A DNA stretch of 64,000 bases, from the sequence record LC727697.1, one strand, 5' to 3'. This DNA comes from Pseudomonas phage sp. 30-2. Position 1 is the stretch's first letter, and each line of letters opens with the position of its first letter. Shown here piece by piece: positions 17,603 to 28,819 of the stretch. The notes beneath the pieces were generated by a model, which worked only from the letters and a program-made list of their open reading frames with translations, made no database searches and was not told where the DNA came from. Both the position numbers and the translations under genes were made by a program.

Positions 17603-17908
17603 CTATTTTCTGAAGAAGAGAATAAGTGTAGTATACTCTTCGCAACAATCATTATTTGCCCATTGAATAGAAAAGGGCAAATTTAAATCTTTTTGAATCA
17701 AATAATTGCTCACAACTGATTCGACATTAATTTGTTCTGCCGAATCTAATTTACCATTTTTGCGAATATTTCGTATTGTAACGGTATTACACAAATTACC
17801 ATTTGTGTAAAATATATCCGAATACTTTACATTAATAGATTTTAGGGCATTAACGATTGTTGTTTGCATATGCTGAAATCCCTTTGAGGCATTCTTTGTT
17901 ATGTACAA
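17603..17908 (-). CDS. hypothetical protein (101 aa)
   Basis: ORF. Confidence 0.4.
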   Translation of the reverse strand: MYITKNASKGFQHMQTTIVNALKSINVKYSDIFYTNGNLCNTVTIRNIRKNGKLDSAEQINVESVVSNYLIQKDLNLPFSIQWANNDCCEEYTTLILFFRK

Positions 17909-18184
17909 ATTTTCTATATTTAGAACCTTCTATATAGAAACTAACAAGTATAATTAGATTGTCATCTCGCACTTGTATACATTTTGAGAACCGTCGCCCG
18001 AACAAATTGTCTATAGTATTAGTTTTGTACTGTAAGAGAGGTATATTAATCATTAATGCAAAATAAGTAACACACAAATTTTAATACATGTAAGATGTAT
18101 TGCACACTGTATTTTAAAATATCAATTGCACTGTTATATAATATATTAACAGCAAATACTTTTAATAGCAACTGATTGTTTATA

Positions 18185-18217
18185 TGCAATTACAAATAAG
18201 AGTAATTTGCAATTGCA
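18185..18217 (-). promoter_or_regulatory. palindromic motif copy (tgcaattacaaataagagtaatttgcaattgca)
   Basis: Matches consensus. Confidence 0.5.
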
Positions 18218-18523
18218 ACTCATACAATAAGAAAATGAATTAGATAATAAATGATACCTTAGTAATATTGAAAGAATATGTAGGCCAAATAGAAGTAGAA
18301 TTATTAATCTTAATATCTATCATATGTATACCATAAGCTTTATGATATAGTATATTAGATAGACCGTTTGATATAAAGAATATATTCATATTAATACTTT
18401 TTTATAAAAGTAATGCAAGTATTGTCTAATATAGGAACTGTCGGAATAATTATCATTAAAGAAAACGCAGGTGTGTTTACTTCTAGATAGTAGTCATATG
18501 TAAAATTATTGACTGTTATATAG

Positions 18524-18748
18524 TCATTTCTTATTCCACGACATATCTCTAATATAGTGTTCATAACTTCCTACAGGTATTGTATTAGAAATAATTTTAG
18601 ATACAAGTATGTTATTATAAAATGGATAGGTTATAAAAATATCAGCGTCGCGTGTTATTATGTCTATGTAACAGCATTGTGTCGCTGGCATAGAATACCA
18701 AGTTATTGCATACAAACTAGCTGATATAGAAAATATAGTTAAAGACAC
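18524..18748 (-). CDS. hypothetical protein (74 aa)
   Basis: ORF. Confidence 0.35.
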   Translation of the reverse strand: MSLTIFSISASLYAITWYSMPATQCCYIDIITRDADIFITYPFYNNILVSKIISNTIPVGSYEHYIRDMSWNKK

Positions 18749-18780
18749 AGTAGTATAGTATATAGATTATATGGTCATGA

Positions 18781-18808
18781 AGAAAGGGGAGCAAATTGCT
18801 CCCCTTTC
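18781..18808 (-). terminator. GC-clamped hairpin aaaggggagc-aaat-tgctcccctttc
   Basis: Downstream of 18824-19528. Confidence 0.6.
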
Positions 18809-18823
18809 GGCGCAGTTGGGCAA

Positions 18824-19528
18824 TTACTTGCTTTCCTGCGCCGCCCCGGCGATCGCTGCGTTCTTTTCAGCGACCTTTTCGGCGCGCTCAGCTTCGCGCT
18901 TGGCCTTGCGTTCGTCAGCTTCGCGCTTGGCAGCCGCCGCTTTTTCTTCGCGTTCCTTCTTCTCGGCATCGCGCTTGGCCTTGCGTTCGGCAGCTTCTGC
19001 CTCGGCCTGCGCTTTGCGGTTGATCAGGAAGCCCTTGCCGCTGTTCGCCTTGCCGGCGCCGAGTTCAAAGACGAAGCCCAGGCGACGCAGCTTGTTGCCG
19101 ACGGAAGTGCTGTTCTGCTCGAAGTTGGCCTTGTCGACCCCGTCGAACACCAGGGTAGCTTCGTCGAAGCCGGTGTGGGTGATGGCCGCCTTGACGATCG
19201 CGATCGCGTTGCTGAGCCGGCTTTCGTCGGTGAGCGGTTTCGGACCCTTCTGCCCGGGAACTTTCGGTTCCGGGGTGTACTTGGCCGCCAGTTCCTTGCC
19301 GTCGAGCGCCTGCTCGATTTCGCGGGTGATGCGGATCGCGCTGAACACTTCCTTCTGCTCGAACTGTACGACGGTGCCATCTGCCAGTTCGACTTCGGCG
19401 GTCGCCGACCAGGTGCGCTTGCTCGGGGTGGTGTAAGTAGCCATGGTCTGGCCGATGACCACGCCGTTGATTGCCAGTGCCAGGACGTGCTGTTTGTCGG
19501 TACGTTGACGAGTGATATGTACGGACAT
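18824..19528 (-). CDS. GC-rich hypothetical protein with a long charged C-terminal helix (KAQAEAEAAERKAKRDAEKKEREEK...). Paralog of 659-1114.
   Basis: About 62% GC. Shared blocks with 659-1114. The overlapping antisense or out-of-frame ORFs are GC artefacts. Confidence 0.7.
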   Translation of the reverse strand: MSVHITRQRTDKQHVLALAINGVVIGQTMATYTTPSKRTWSATAEVELADGTVVQFEQKEVFSAIRITREIEQALDGKELAAKYTPEPKVPGQKGPKPLTDESRLSNAIAIVKAAITHTGFDEATLVFDGVDKANFEQNSTSVGNKLRRLGFVFELGAGKANSGKGFLINRKAQAEAEAAERKAKRDAEKKEREEKAAAAKREADERKAKREAERAEKVAEKNAAIAGAAQESK

Positions 19529-19900
19529 GTTGTATACCTCTGTAGCTGATGGAAGGATTATGTTGTTTACTTACTACACTTTCGGGGCACTTACCCCTTA
19601 AGCTTGTATACAGTGTAGAGCCTAGTTTGCATTGCGTCAAGCATTTTTTGTTTACTTTCTGCGTTGCTTACTATGTAGCGCTCTACACACTGCGTCTACA
19701 GTTCGCACTTTAAGGTCGTAGTAATGGAAAGTCAAGCATTTTTTAAAATATTTTTAAATTATTTTTTACCATCTTGTATACGCGCGCGAGCTATATATAG
19801 CAAGGTCAATCAGTATGGTGTAGAATTATAATTTATAAACAAATCAACTACTTATCTACTATCCATTTCCAAGTATGCTACCAATCCATATACTGGGCAG

Positions 19901-20027
19901 TGCAAATGCAAATAAGATTAATTATTATTTGCATATTCTTTTTCGTTGCAAATGCAAATACGAATTAGTCTTATTTACAATAACAAATGAAATTACAAAC
20001 GCAAATAAGAATTAGTCTTATTTGCAA
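19901..20027 (-). promoter_or_regulatory. cluster of three palindromic motif copies interleaved with direct repeats
   Basis: tgcaaatgcaaataagattaattattatttgca, ttgcaaatgcaaatacgaattagtcttatttacaa and gcaaataagaattagtcttatttgcaa. Confidence 0.55.
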
Positions 20028-20135
20028 TAACAAATGAAATAGAGATGAATAAGGAAATGAATAAGGAAGTGACAAATGAAATAGAGATGAATAAAGAAAT
20101 GAATAAGGAAGTGAATAAGAGAATATCTGCTCAAA

Positions 20136-20164
20136 AAGAAAGGCAAACATAAGTCTGCCTTTCT
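20136..20164. terminator. hairpin agaaaggca-aacataagtc-tgcctttct
   Basis: Perfect 9-bp stem. Confidence 0.5.
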
Positions 20165-20686
20165 GATATAAATGCTCCTCAGAACAGTCACGTGCTCTGT
20201 ATCTGGGCAAATTATGCTCGTCAGCACAACGGAGCGGTATATCTTGCCTAAGGAATTGTTATTTGTATAAAGCCCCTTACTCTTTATACTCAGCTAGAAT
20301 ATACAATACTAAGGAATCACTAGCATCATCCTTAGGTCTATCTGGTTATACCAGAATCGACATATCTAAACAACATAGGAGGTATTTACGTATGCAACAG
20401 CGCATAACTTGTATATAGTATATGCATATGTGTATGTAATGTAAATGTTATTTTTATTAATTTACAGATAGTTTCTGTTCTTAATCTTTTCTAAACTATC
20501 AAAAATAAAAGATTAGCCAATGCATCGACAACATGCGCGATTGCATTTTGCATATACACTCAGAACACAAAATGTAAATGCAAAATGCAAATGCGGATCC
20601 GAGTTTGTGCCTAAAATTGAATTTGGAAACCGGAATTGCGATTTAGAATTCCAAAACCTAAATCGCAATTCCGAATGGCCGAATAC

Positions 20687-21094
20687 TTACTGATGAATGC
20701 CCATCTGGTGTTTCAGGTACTCGAGGGCGTTGTAGCTATTGCACTCGGCTTCGCTGCGAAGCTGACCTTCGCTTGCCGGGTAATATAGATCGCCTTTGCC
20801 TTGTGCTAGCAAGAAGCACATAGCACGAACGAGACCTTCAGACTGCACATGACTTACAGAAGACATCTGTGCATTGAGAAGTTCGGTGCCGTTAAACTCG
20901 ATGTAGTCGCCGCTTTCGAGACGACTCGCAGCATGTTCACGTCCGGTCTTGCGGTTGAAGTTATCCATTTCCGAACATGCTGCTACGGAAATACGGATCT
21001 TGTTGCCGGCGGTTTCCCAGGCAACAGTAGCGCCACGGCGGTTATCGATCTGTTGAGTTTCTTCGTTGTAGAAACGAATGTGAGTATGTTGCAT
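20687..21094 (-). CDS. GC-rich hypothetical protein (135 aa)
   Basis: About 50% GC ORF in an AT-rich context. Confidence 0.55.
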   Translation of the reverse strand: MQHTHIRFYNEETQQIDNRRGATVAWETAGNKIRISVAACSEMDNFNRKTGREHAASRLESGDYIEFNGTELLNAQMSSVSHVQSEGLVRAMCFLLAQGKGDLYYPASEGQLRSEAECNSYNALEYLKHQMGIHQ

Positions 21095-21602
21095 GTATAC
21101 TATACCTTTTCTAGACCATTAGTTGTTTGTTGAGTTTGGGTAGCACTCACCTACCCCCTTCACTGCGAGATTACTAACTGAAGGTTTTGCTTTTACGTTT
21201 AATACATGGTGTAATCTAATATCTTACAGCATGTATACGGTTGCATAGAACTTTATATCATATTAAAGTATTTTAGAAAGGACTGTCTGGGATAGCAACC
21301 ATCACCTACAGCTTCCTGATAGTGCATTCCTTCTAATACACTATCCTACGAGAAAATTTCGAAGGTTCTTTGGAAGTTTTTATGCCCATTCAAATATAAT
21401 GTGTAGGCTATAATGCCTAGGAATGAGCTGGATATTTGTTCTTTACACAGCATCTTCCAACCGTATTTGCCTGTGTATCCTGTAACATCACTGTTACAGA
21501 CTTTTTAACTTACTTAACAAGTAACTGTTTAGTAAGCATGTATATATTAGCATAATGCACTTATTTGTCTATGGTTATATTGTGTGTTTAGTAGAAAGCT
21601 CA

Positions 21603-21887
21603 TCAATTTTTATACAGGAAATCAATATATACATCTATGCCAGTATCTGGAGGCCAAGGATAAGCCCAACATTCGTTACTAGTAATATCTCCCATCACCC
21701 TTTCACTTATTATATTTGAAATACAGAATATACCTATATGATTTTTTAAATTAGTTAATATAATATATTTGTATGGTTTTGATACAAATATTAATTCACT
21801 AACACCATTAAGATTATATAGCCGTGCCATATCATGTCTTATACTAATATAATCACTAGCACTCGAAAATATTAATATTTCAATCAT
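21603..21887 (-). CDS. paralog-array family member
   Basis: IEILIFSSASDY and IGIFCISNIIS twin motifs. Confidence 0.45.
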   Translation of the reverse strand: MIEILIFSSASDYISIRHDMARLYNLNGVSELIFVSKPYKYIILTNLKNHIGIFCISNIISERVMGDITSNECWAYPWPPDTGIDVYIDFLYKN

Positions 21888-22072
21888 ATGGTTTGTGCAT
21901 ATCCTTTATACATATCCTCGTAAATTCTGATACTATTAGTACCTATTAATGAAAATATAGTTATTCTATCAGCATCTCGAAAATATGTAGGTTTTGAAAA
22001 TCTAAGAATGTCATAAAAATGACAATCTATAAAGTGACATCCTCTTTGCAATTTAAATATATTGAATTTCAT
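21884..22072 (-). CDS. paralog-array family member (short)
   Basis: ATGA coupling. FNIFKLQRG motif. Confidence 0.35.
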   Translation of the reverse strand: MKFNIFKLQRGCHFIDCHFYDILRFSKPTYFRDADRITIFSLIGTNSIRIYEDMYKGYAQTI

Positions 22073-22266
22073 ACTAGTATACCTGTATCTAAAAATCTAT
22101 ATATTGCAGCGTTTACATAGAATGTTTGATGTATATATTTTGTTATTGCAGGTAATACATATGTAGCGCCTACAGAATAATTATAATAGGTATCATTACT
22201 AATGTATATTCTATTCGATTTCATCAAAATAGATGAAGAATTATAAGACAGATCGAATATATTCAT
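22069..22266 (-). CDS. paralog-array family member (short)
   Basis: ATGA coupling. Confidence 0.35.
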   Translation of the reverse strand: MNIFDLSYNSSSILMKSNRIYISNDTYYNYSVGATYVLPAITKYIHQTFYVNAAIYRFLDTGILV

Positions 22267-25161
22267 CTACTGTAAAACTCGGATGTATTACAATTCTGCT
22301 ATTCGTTTTATATAATACACAAATTGAATCATAATTTACATCTTTAATGAAATATGTATGATAAAAAAGTCTGATAGTCATGCAATTTTGTGATATTACA
22401 AATATACGCATATCATTTAAGTATTTTTATATCTCGGGAATACCTACCGCTGTCGTTACGTTCAATTAGAATGTAATACACATTGCCTGACTTAAAACGA
22501 GCTTTCTGCAAAGATATGGAACATAATGTGAGTTGATATTGTAATAGATCATTCATATAGTATGCCTATTTAAAAGAATTCTTCTTACACTATTAAAATT
22601 TATATAAATTTATTTTCAACTGAGCACAATAATATTGTATAGTTCCTAAAAGACAATATGAATTATATATTTCTATTGAATCACTATGTTGTCTGTCTAT
22701 TTTGTAGCAACTAGCAGACAATTTAAATACCCAATCGATCATTTTAGTTTTAGATTCTAAAAGTATTTTATTTTACTTACAATCTTAATATAAAATATAA
22801 TTCTTTAATAATAGGTGATTCTTTGTTTGTATCTTTATTCATAAATTTTTATGCCGAAAAATACAACTTGTTTTTGTTAATTAATACTTCGGTGATCGGG
22901 CGGCAGAAATATAGCATGAAATAACTCAATTTCCTCGCCGGCTTTTTCATAAAAATGCAAGTGACGCCACATTAACTCCATCTTAATTGTATCCACCCTG
23001 CGTTGGAACTGTAGCAATATATCTAACATATATGTAGTCCTGTACAATAAATTACCACTAACATTTTTCCATAAATATAAACTTCAAATGTTTTATTAAA
23101 AATAGAAAAACTAATTAAAGAAACATTAAAAGAAATAAAAATAAGATTATACACCATACAGTATAGTTCGTGTAGTTTGACACGGAAAGATAGTAATATT
23201 ATTATATATTATGGAAACTGATATTACTGATCTAGTAAATGATTCAAATGATATAGACTCTACACCGCTGCATACAGTTAAAATGTAATTATATTTGAGA
23301 GTATCTATATATTCTAACATTTTAAGAATTGTTTATTAATATATAACATACCTGACTTAATATATACAATAAGACAGGAAGGCTGTCGAAAAATCTTTAT
23401 TTTATCTGCACGATTAGACATATACAACAGTGTAGTGAAATGATGATCTTGCATTATAGTTTCCCACACGTTGTATAATAATGGTAGTAGTATTTTCCGA
23501 TTGATTTAAATATAGAAACACGTAATACTTTGCTTGTTCTTCTTTCTAATATTATTTTTGACGTGTTATGTGATATTAGAACTATATTTTTACGAATCAT
23601 ACAATACTATAAAGTAATTCAATACATGTCGTATAGTTAATAAGCATATATTATATGAAAGATAATCCTATACATGCAAATGTAACCTACATTATACAGA
23701 TATAGTTCTTAAGATGCAACGCAATTATGTACAAGTGAGAGATATATTGAAATTCTTGCAGAATCATATCGCACAACATGAACTCTAAAAGTATGATTCT
23801 GAATAACAAATATAGAAACATTTTTCTTTGCTGCTCTATTCATTTATTACTCTCATGTATTAGTAATTAACGATATGTTTATTTGTATCTAATTATTACA
23901 ATGAAATGTATGTCATCATTTTTGTTTAGAAAGTTCACAACTAAAATATCACTGTTTTTACAAAAACGAAACATAATATTAGAAGTATTGTAAGAACATT
24001 CAAGGATACTGGTCATGTTATATATGCAAACGAGTCTACCATATAAAATGCAAGACCGTCTTTTGCCTTTATGAGTATCGAGTAGTATACTATATCTCTA
24101 AGTCTTGCTGTATTTGCACATATTTCGTATGCATGCGATGAAAATTCTATTATATCTTTTATACCATTCATCTTAGATATGCAACACTAATTATAATAAT
24201 TTTTTCATTACTATTATAAATGCATGCTAATAGATACGTGCTACATAGCGATGAATCTATTGTATGTGCGCATGAAGATACCTGCAACATATCATAATGT
24301 ATATCGTGATTTATAATATTTTTATTTATGAACATTTATTCTAATTCTAACATATGAATCTGAATACACATTAATACCTGTTGGGGATATTCTAGTATAC
24401 CATCTATTAAGATAGTGTTGAATACAAACTATATTATGAATTGATACCGGCGACATAAGTGTTAACGCTTGTTTGTGTGTAAACGAACATAATGTATAGG
24501 ATATGACGACGCATTATAAAATACTAAACAATGAGCACTAGTTATATAATTAGTATTAAACCGGTGCGTATTAAGCGATAATTCAACTATATTACTTATT
24601 GGTTTTTTCATTTAATTTATATGTTAGAGTAAGAAAATTATTGCATTCTACTTGTAATATATTACATTCACATGCATCAAAATAATATATGCTGATATGA
24701 CGTACATTATACTGTATGTAGAATACGTTCTTATATAAGCCCGGGGGTATCATCATATAAAATCAATCTACCGTACTCATAATATATAATAACACTAAAA
24801 CGATTAACTGATATATAGCATGAGTTAAATGAAATGTATGTTATTTTATCAATATCTGTTGCCATTATTAAACTGTATTACATACAACCAGATTCTATAT
24901 AATTTAATATGTTCTTAGATAACATTAATTGTAAACACATAATTGCCATGTCTGTCATACATTTTAATCTTGTATACAATGCGTCTGACATGTATAACAC
25001 AAATATAGCAAGTATTGCGTGATAAGAGAAATATTCCCATTTGTTTTAATACACAACAAAGATAATTTTATTATTTTTATTTAAGAAGAAAATGTTATAG
25101 TAGCTGTCAGTTGTTATATTATATGTATGGTGACATACATACATTAATTCTAATATATTTG
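22267..25161 (-). pseudogene. 2.9-kb ORF-free AT-rich stretch inside the array, probably decayed paralog copies
   Basis: No ORF of 60 aa or more on either strand. Flanked on both sides by family members. Confidence 0.35.
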
Positions 25162-25443
25162 TTACCATTTATCTGATACGACCTGCAGAAATATATAGGG
25201 TAGTATACCGCAATGACATAAACGAGCATAGGTATACTTTTTGATCCCATAATATTTTAAATTTAAACATATTTGTACAATATGATAATTTAAATATATT
25301 ATGCATATTAATCCTTTATATAAAAGATTTTTAGAAACAACAATGTCAAAATACTCAACAAACAATACTGTATAACATGTTTTTGCGTTAAATGCAAACA
25401 CGCTACCATAAGCAGCAATGTATTTCGTCGCCGTCTTTATCAC
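25162..25443 (-). CDS. paralog-array family member
   Basis: Family-like composition and placement. Confidence 0.4.
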   Translation of the reverse strand: MIKTATKYIAAYGSVFAFNAKTCYTVLFVEYFDIVVSKNLLYKGLICIIYLNYHIVQICLNLKYYGIKKYTYARLCHCGILPYIFLQVVSDKW

Positions 25444-25597
25444 AAAACACTATACTATCATAAATAGAATCAAAACAGATAATATGTAGATTTGATTGTA
25501 GTCGTATCAACATTGCAACAGGCGGAATAAAACTTATAAACATTATGACCTTAGTATAATATAATGGAGTGTTTGATACGATTTGTCGTGAATGCAC
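25403..25597 (-). CDS. paralog-array family member (short, overlapping)
   Basis: IRLQSN motif. Confidence 0.3.
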   Translation of the reverse strand: MHSRQIVSNTPLYYTKVIMFISFIPPVAMLIRLQSNLHIICFDSIYDSIVFCDKDGDEIHCCLW

Positions 25598-25842
25598 ATA
25601 CTGTCTATAACAAATAATATTGCGTGTGTTTTCGATTGTAAGTGTATAATTCCTATTTTGTCTGTAATAGCAGAATATTCAGCCGAAGCCCTTGCATATG
25701 ATTCACTACCCGATGGTACCAATAATCTCTTATATACAGACAGTCTGTAATAAAGTGAATAGTTATTACTATAAAATAGATATGATTTATAAACAGTTTC
25801 TATTTTATGAGCACTGTGTTGAATATACAGTATAAAATCCAT
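25543..25842 (-). CDS. paralog-array family member
   Basis: MDFILYIQHSA ... IGIIHLQSKTH. Confidence 0.5.
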   Translation of the reverse strand: MDFILYIQHSAHKIETVYKSYLFYSNNYSLYYRLSVYKRLLVPSGSESYARASAEYSAITDKIGIIHLQSKTHAILFVIDSMCIHDKSYQTLHYIILRS

Positions 25843-26132
25843 TAAATATCCCTAGCATATGATGAGTGTATAATGGCATAATTTTTATCATACATATATA
25901 TTGTATGATAAGGTAAACTAAGGGTAAACTTAATAGAATTAATGGCATGTTGCAAATACACCATGCCATTCTTATCATTATTATATAACTTGAATATTAT
26001 TTCAAAATAATATACATATTTGCCTATATCCAAACAAAATATAGTATCACTGTTTATATTTTGAAATACAAATAATGCACTAAACTGTGATATTAGCACA
26101 GTTTTATGCTGAAGTGTTAATATTAAATCCAT
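25842..26132 (-). CDS. paralog-array family member
   Basis: MDLILTLQHKT ... GMVYLQHAIN. Confidence 0.5.
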   Translation of the reverse strand: MDLILTLQHKTVLISQFSALFVFQNINSDTIFCLDIGKYVYYFEIIFKLYNNDKNGMVYLQHAINSIKFTLSLPYHTIYMYDKNYAIIHSSYARDI

Positions 26133-26376
26133 TTATATTTCTGTCTTATTGACAATATATAATACTACGAGTTTTATCATAAAAACAATATACTGAAAAA
26201 CGAAATGTTATTTGCATAGTATTGTTAGACAAATATAATATATCATATTCTTCGTTCATATTTAAAATATAATATAATGAGTTAACCTCGGTTCACGTGT
26301 TTTTACAGTTAATCCAAGTGCCTTCAACGAAATATATTTAGACTGGTTACTAATTAGTAATATATAATTCATATCA

Positions 26377-26679
26377 TTATACATATTCGTTTGTGTCAAA
26401 CAAAGTCTCCCAGTGAATAGAAATAAAATCTACACTATCAAAAAATATACATTTACCGTGTGTTACAAACCGGTGTGTATTCTGCTGCAAATGAATTATA
26501 CCTAGTAGTTCATTAGGAAATGTTTTATAGTTAACAAATCCTCCCTTTTTATTACAAAAATATATTGAGTCGTATTCATTAATAAAGAACCTTATTTGTA
26601 AAGTTTCTATATCATAAAAACAACCTTGTATTCTTATAACTTCACTGCTAAGGATCAATATAATATCCATACTAGTCAC
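26377..26679 (-). CDS. paralog-array family member
   Basis: MDIILILSSEV ... LGIIHLQQNTH. Confidence 0.5.
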   Translation of the reverse strand: MTSMDIILILSSEVIRIQGCFYDIETLQIRFFINEYDSIYFCNKKGGFVNYKTFPNELLGIIHLQQNTHRFVTHGKCIFFDSVDFISIHWETLFDTNEYV

Positions 26680-26939
26680 CAGCCAAAAATTATTACGCCA
26701 TTGTGGTTTAGTATCATAAATTCATCAAATCTATTAAATGATATAGTATCACAATTGTACTGTAAATAAAACATACCTACAATGTCATTACTAGCATGGC
26801 AATTTAGATACCCATTAATTTTCTGTATCTGATTTAGAAAACGATATAACGTGTTATAATCGGGCAGAACAAGTCGAATTTCACAATCAGTATAAAGAAT
26901 CCATTCGACATTACGCTGAAGCATTAATATTAATAACAC
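26676..26939 (-). CDS. paralog-array family member
   Basis: MLLILMLQRNV ... VGMFYLQYNCD. ATGA coupling. Confidence 0.5.
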   Translation of the reverse strand: MLLILMLQRNVEWILYTDCEIRLVLPDYNTLYRFLNQIQKINGYLNCHASNDIVGMFYLQYNCDTISFNRFDEFMILNHNGVIIFGW

Positions 26940-26951
26940 AAATTCCGTCCT

Positions 26952-27242
26952 CTACAAACTAAAAAAATGACCGCCTTTACTATCTAGAAAACAAATCATA
27001 TCCATTTGATGTTTTTCATTAAGAAAATAAAACTTATTTGTATGCACTTGTAAATGTATAATTCCTATTACATCATTTATAACAGAGTACGAAACAAAAT
27101 GTTTCATACTGAAACCATGATGATCTATTAATGAATATGCTACTTCATTAGTATCAAAAATATCAAATCCGTGCGAAGCCCTTCTAATCGAACAACACAA
27201 TTTCTGTATAAACAGGATAAAATACATTACTAAAGTATACAA
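26952..27242 (-). CDS. paralog-array family member
   Basis: ILFIQKLC ... IGIIHLQVHTN. Confidence 0.5.
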   Translation of the reverse strand: MYTLVMYFILFIQKLCCSIRRASHGFDIFDTNEVAYSLIDHHGFSMKHFVSYSVINDVIGIIHLQVHTNKFYFLNEKHQMDMICFLDSKGGHFFSL

Positions 27243-27514
27243 ATATATTGAATTAGATCTTCATACACATTAGTCATACGACATATTATAGAACGGGTAC
27301 TATAACTTATTTGTAATGAATGTATGCTATTCTGCAAATGCATTATACTAGTTTCGTTGTTTATACTATTACACGAACAATAGGCATACATACGCCCATT
27401 CGGCGGACGTAATAACGATACTATAGTATAATCACTATAGTCGATCATATCTATAATATAATCTGAATACCAAATCTTAAAACAACGAGACTGAAATAAT
27501 AATATTAAGTCCAT
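27230..27514 (-). CDS. paralog-array family member
   Basis: MDLILLFQSRC ... SIMHLQNSIH. Confidence 0.5.
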   Translation of the reverse strand: MDLILLFQSRCFKIWYSDYIIDMIDYSDYTIVSLLRPPNGRMYAYCSCNSINNETSIMHLQNSIHSLQISYSTRSIICRMTNVYEDLIQYICIL

Positions 27515-27517
27515 ATA

Positions 27518-27835
27518 TTAGACAAAACTATTGTATATAGCATGTTGAAGAAAACCGTTAGCAAACACCATATTAACAATAATATCTGTTTTACCAGAAA
27601 CTGATTTTAAATGTTTAACTTCTATTAACGATAGAATAGATTGCATATGCAATAATCCTATCACATCACATAAATTATTATACAAACAATATGCATCATA
27701 TGACACATGTTTTCTCCCCATAGGCAACGTAATTCCATATACGAACTCCCTATTATGCGCATTAAGCATATCAATGATTTGTTTGGTATATACAATCTCA
27801 TGACACTGAGATTGAAGTAATAGTATGAAATCCAT
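27518..27835 (-). CDS. paralog-array family member
   Basis: MDFILLLQSQC ... IGLLHMQSIL. Confidence 0.5.
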   Translation of the reverse strand: MDFILLLQSQCHEIVYTKQIIDMLNAHNREFVYGITLPMGRKHVSYDAYCLYNNLCDVIGLLHMQSILSLIEVKHLKSVSGKTDIIVNMVFANGFLQHAIYNSFV

Positions 27836-27838
27836 ATA

Positions 27839-28108
27839 TTATTTCAAATCAACATGTATTTCATGTACAAACCTATTATTATTAGCAAAAGTAAAAGAAA
27901 TATAATTGTCCGTATGCATGAAAAATTTATAATTACAGTATTGTAAATGAAGAATACCAAGTAAGCAATTGATATTTCTATAATACAGTCTAATACCGTT
28001 ACCTGTAATCATAGCTATATGCTTTTCATTCTTGTTGTTAAGACGGACGTACCATTCACTATAGTCCATCTCTACAGTATTATGTTGAAGAAATAGTATC
28101 AGATCCAT
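27839..28108 (-). CDS. paralog-array family member (one of a recently duplicated pair)
   Basis: MDLILFLQHNTVE ... LLGILHLQYCNY. About 75% identical to the 28112-28384 product. Confidence 0.6.
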   Translation of the reverse strand: MDLILFLQHNTVEMDYSEWYVRLNNKNEKHIAMITGNGIRLYYRNINCLLGILHLQYCNYKFFMHTDNYISFTFANNNRFVHEIHVDLK

Positions 28109-28111
28109 ATA

Positions 28112-28384
28112 TTATTTCAAATCAGCATATATTTTATGTACAAATCTATTATTATTAACAAATGTAAAAGAAATATAATTGCCCATATACTTGAATAAAA
28201 AATCATAATTACAATATTGTAAATGAAGAATACCAAGTAAGCTATTAATATTTCCATAATACATTTTAAAACCGTTATCGGTAATCATAGCCATACTATC
28301 TTCATTCTTGTTGTTAAAACGAATGCACCATTCGCACGCGTCTATCTCTACAGTATTATGTTGAAGAAATAGTATCAGATCCAT
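28112..28384 (-). CDS. paralog-array family member (one of a recently duplicated pair)
   Basis: Near-identical to the 27839-28108 product. Confidence 0.6.
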   Translation of the reverse strand: MDLILFLQHNTVEIDACEWCIRFNNKNEDSMAMITDNGFKMYYGNINSLLGILHLQYCNYDFLFKYMGNYISFTFVNNNRFVHKIYADLK

Positions 28385-28639
28385 AACTAGTTGTCCTGTA
28401 TATACGTTATACTACGAAATGGAATTATATTAACAAGCGTACAGTAGGTGAGTTGTATAGAGTCACGGTTTATATACGTATAGCATACTATATTCCGTAT
28501 ATGTTATGCAAACGGGAATATATAATGAAACCGGCCTATATAGCAAGAATTGGAAATTTTCAAAAAAAATATTTTTTATTGAAAAAGAACTTATATTTTA
28601 TAAGAAGGTCCCTATATAGCAGAAAACGGATTTTTCCAA

Positions 28640-28745
28640 AAAAAATCTATAAAAATGGTTAGAAATGGCTAGAAATGGAAAGAAAATGGATGTAACTGGG
28701 AAGAATATAAATGTAACTGGAAAGAAAATGGATGGGACCTATAGA
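28640..28745. repeat. purine-rich microrepeats (tagaaatgg x3, aatggatgtaactggaaag x2)
   Basis: Read directly. Confidence 0.55.
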
Positions 28746-28819
28746 GCAAGATTTCCAAAATTTTGGTCCTTCTTTCTTCGGTGATGTTAGGGTTCACCGA
28801 AATATGTACTATATAATTC

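Noticed and set aside
18771-19549. Several long plus-strand and out-of-frame ORFs (18771-19436+, 18796-19023+, 19175-19549+, 19024-19380-, 19065-19640-) over the GC-rich gene
   Set aside because: High GC removes stop codons in all frames. Only the 18824-19528 minus frame has a coherent protein with a paralog at 659-1114 and correct terminator placement. The same reasoning rejects 633-977+, 761-1018+, 11216-11788+, 12489-12683-, 12529-12798+ and 59770-60279+.
19971-20227. Minus-strand ORFs 19971-20210 and 20018-20227
   Set aside because: They run through the motif and direct-repeat block. Their periodic LFHLSLPYSFPYSS peptides reflect the nucleotide repeats.
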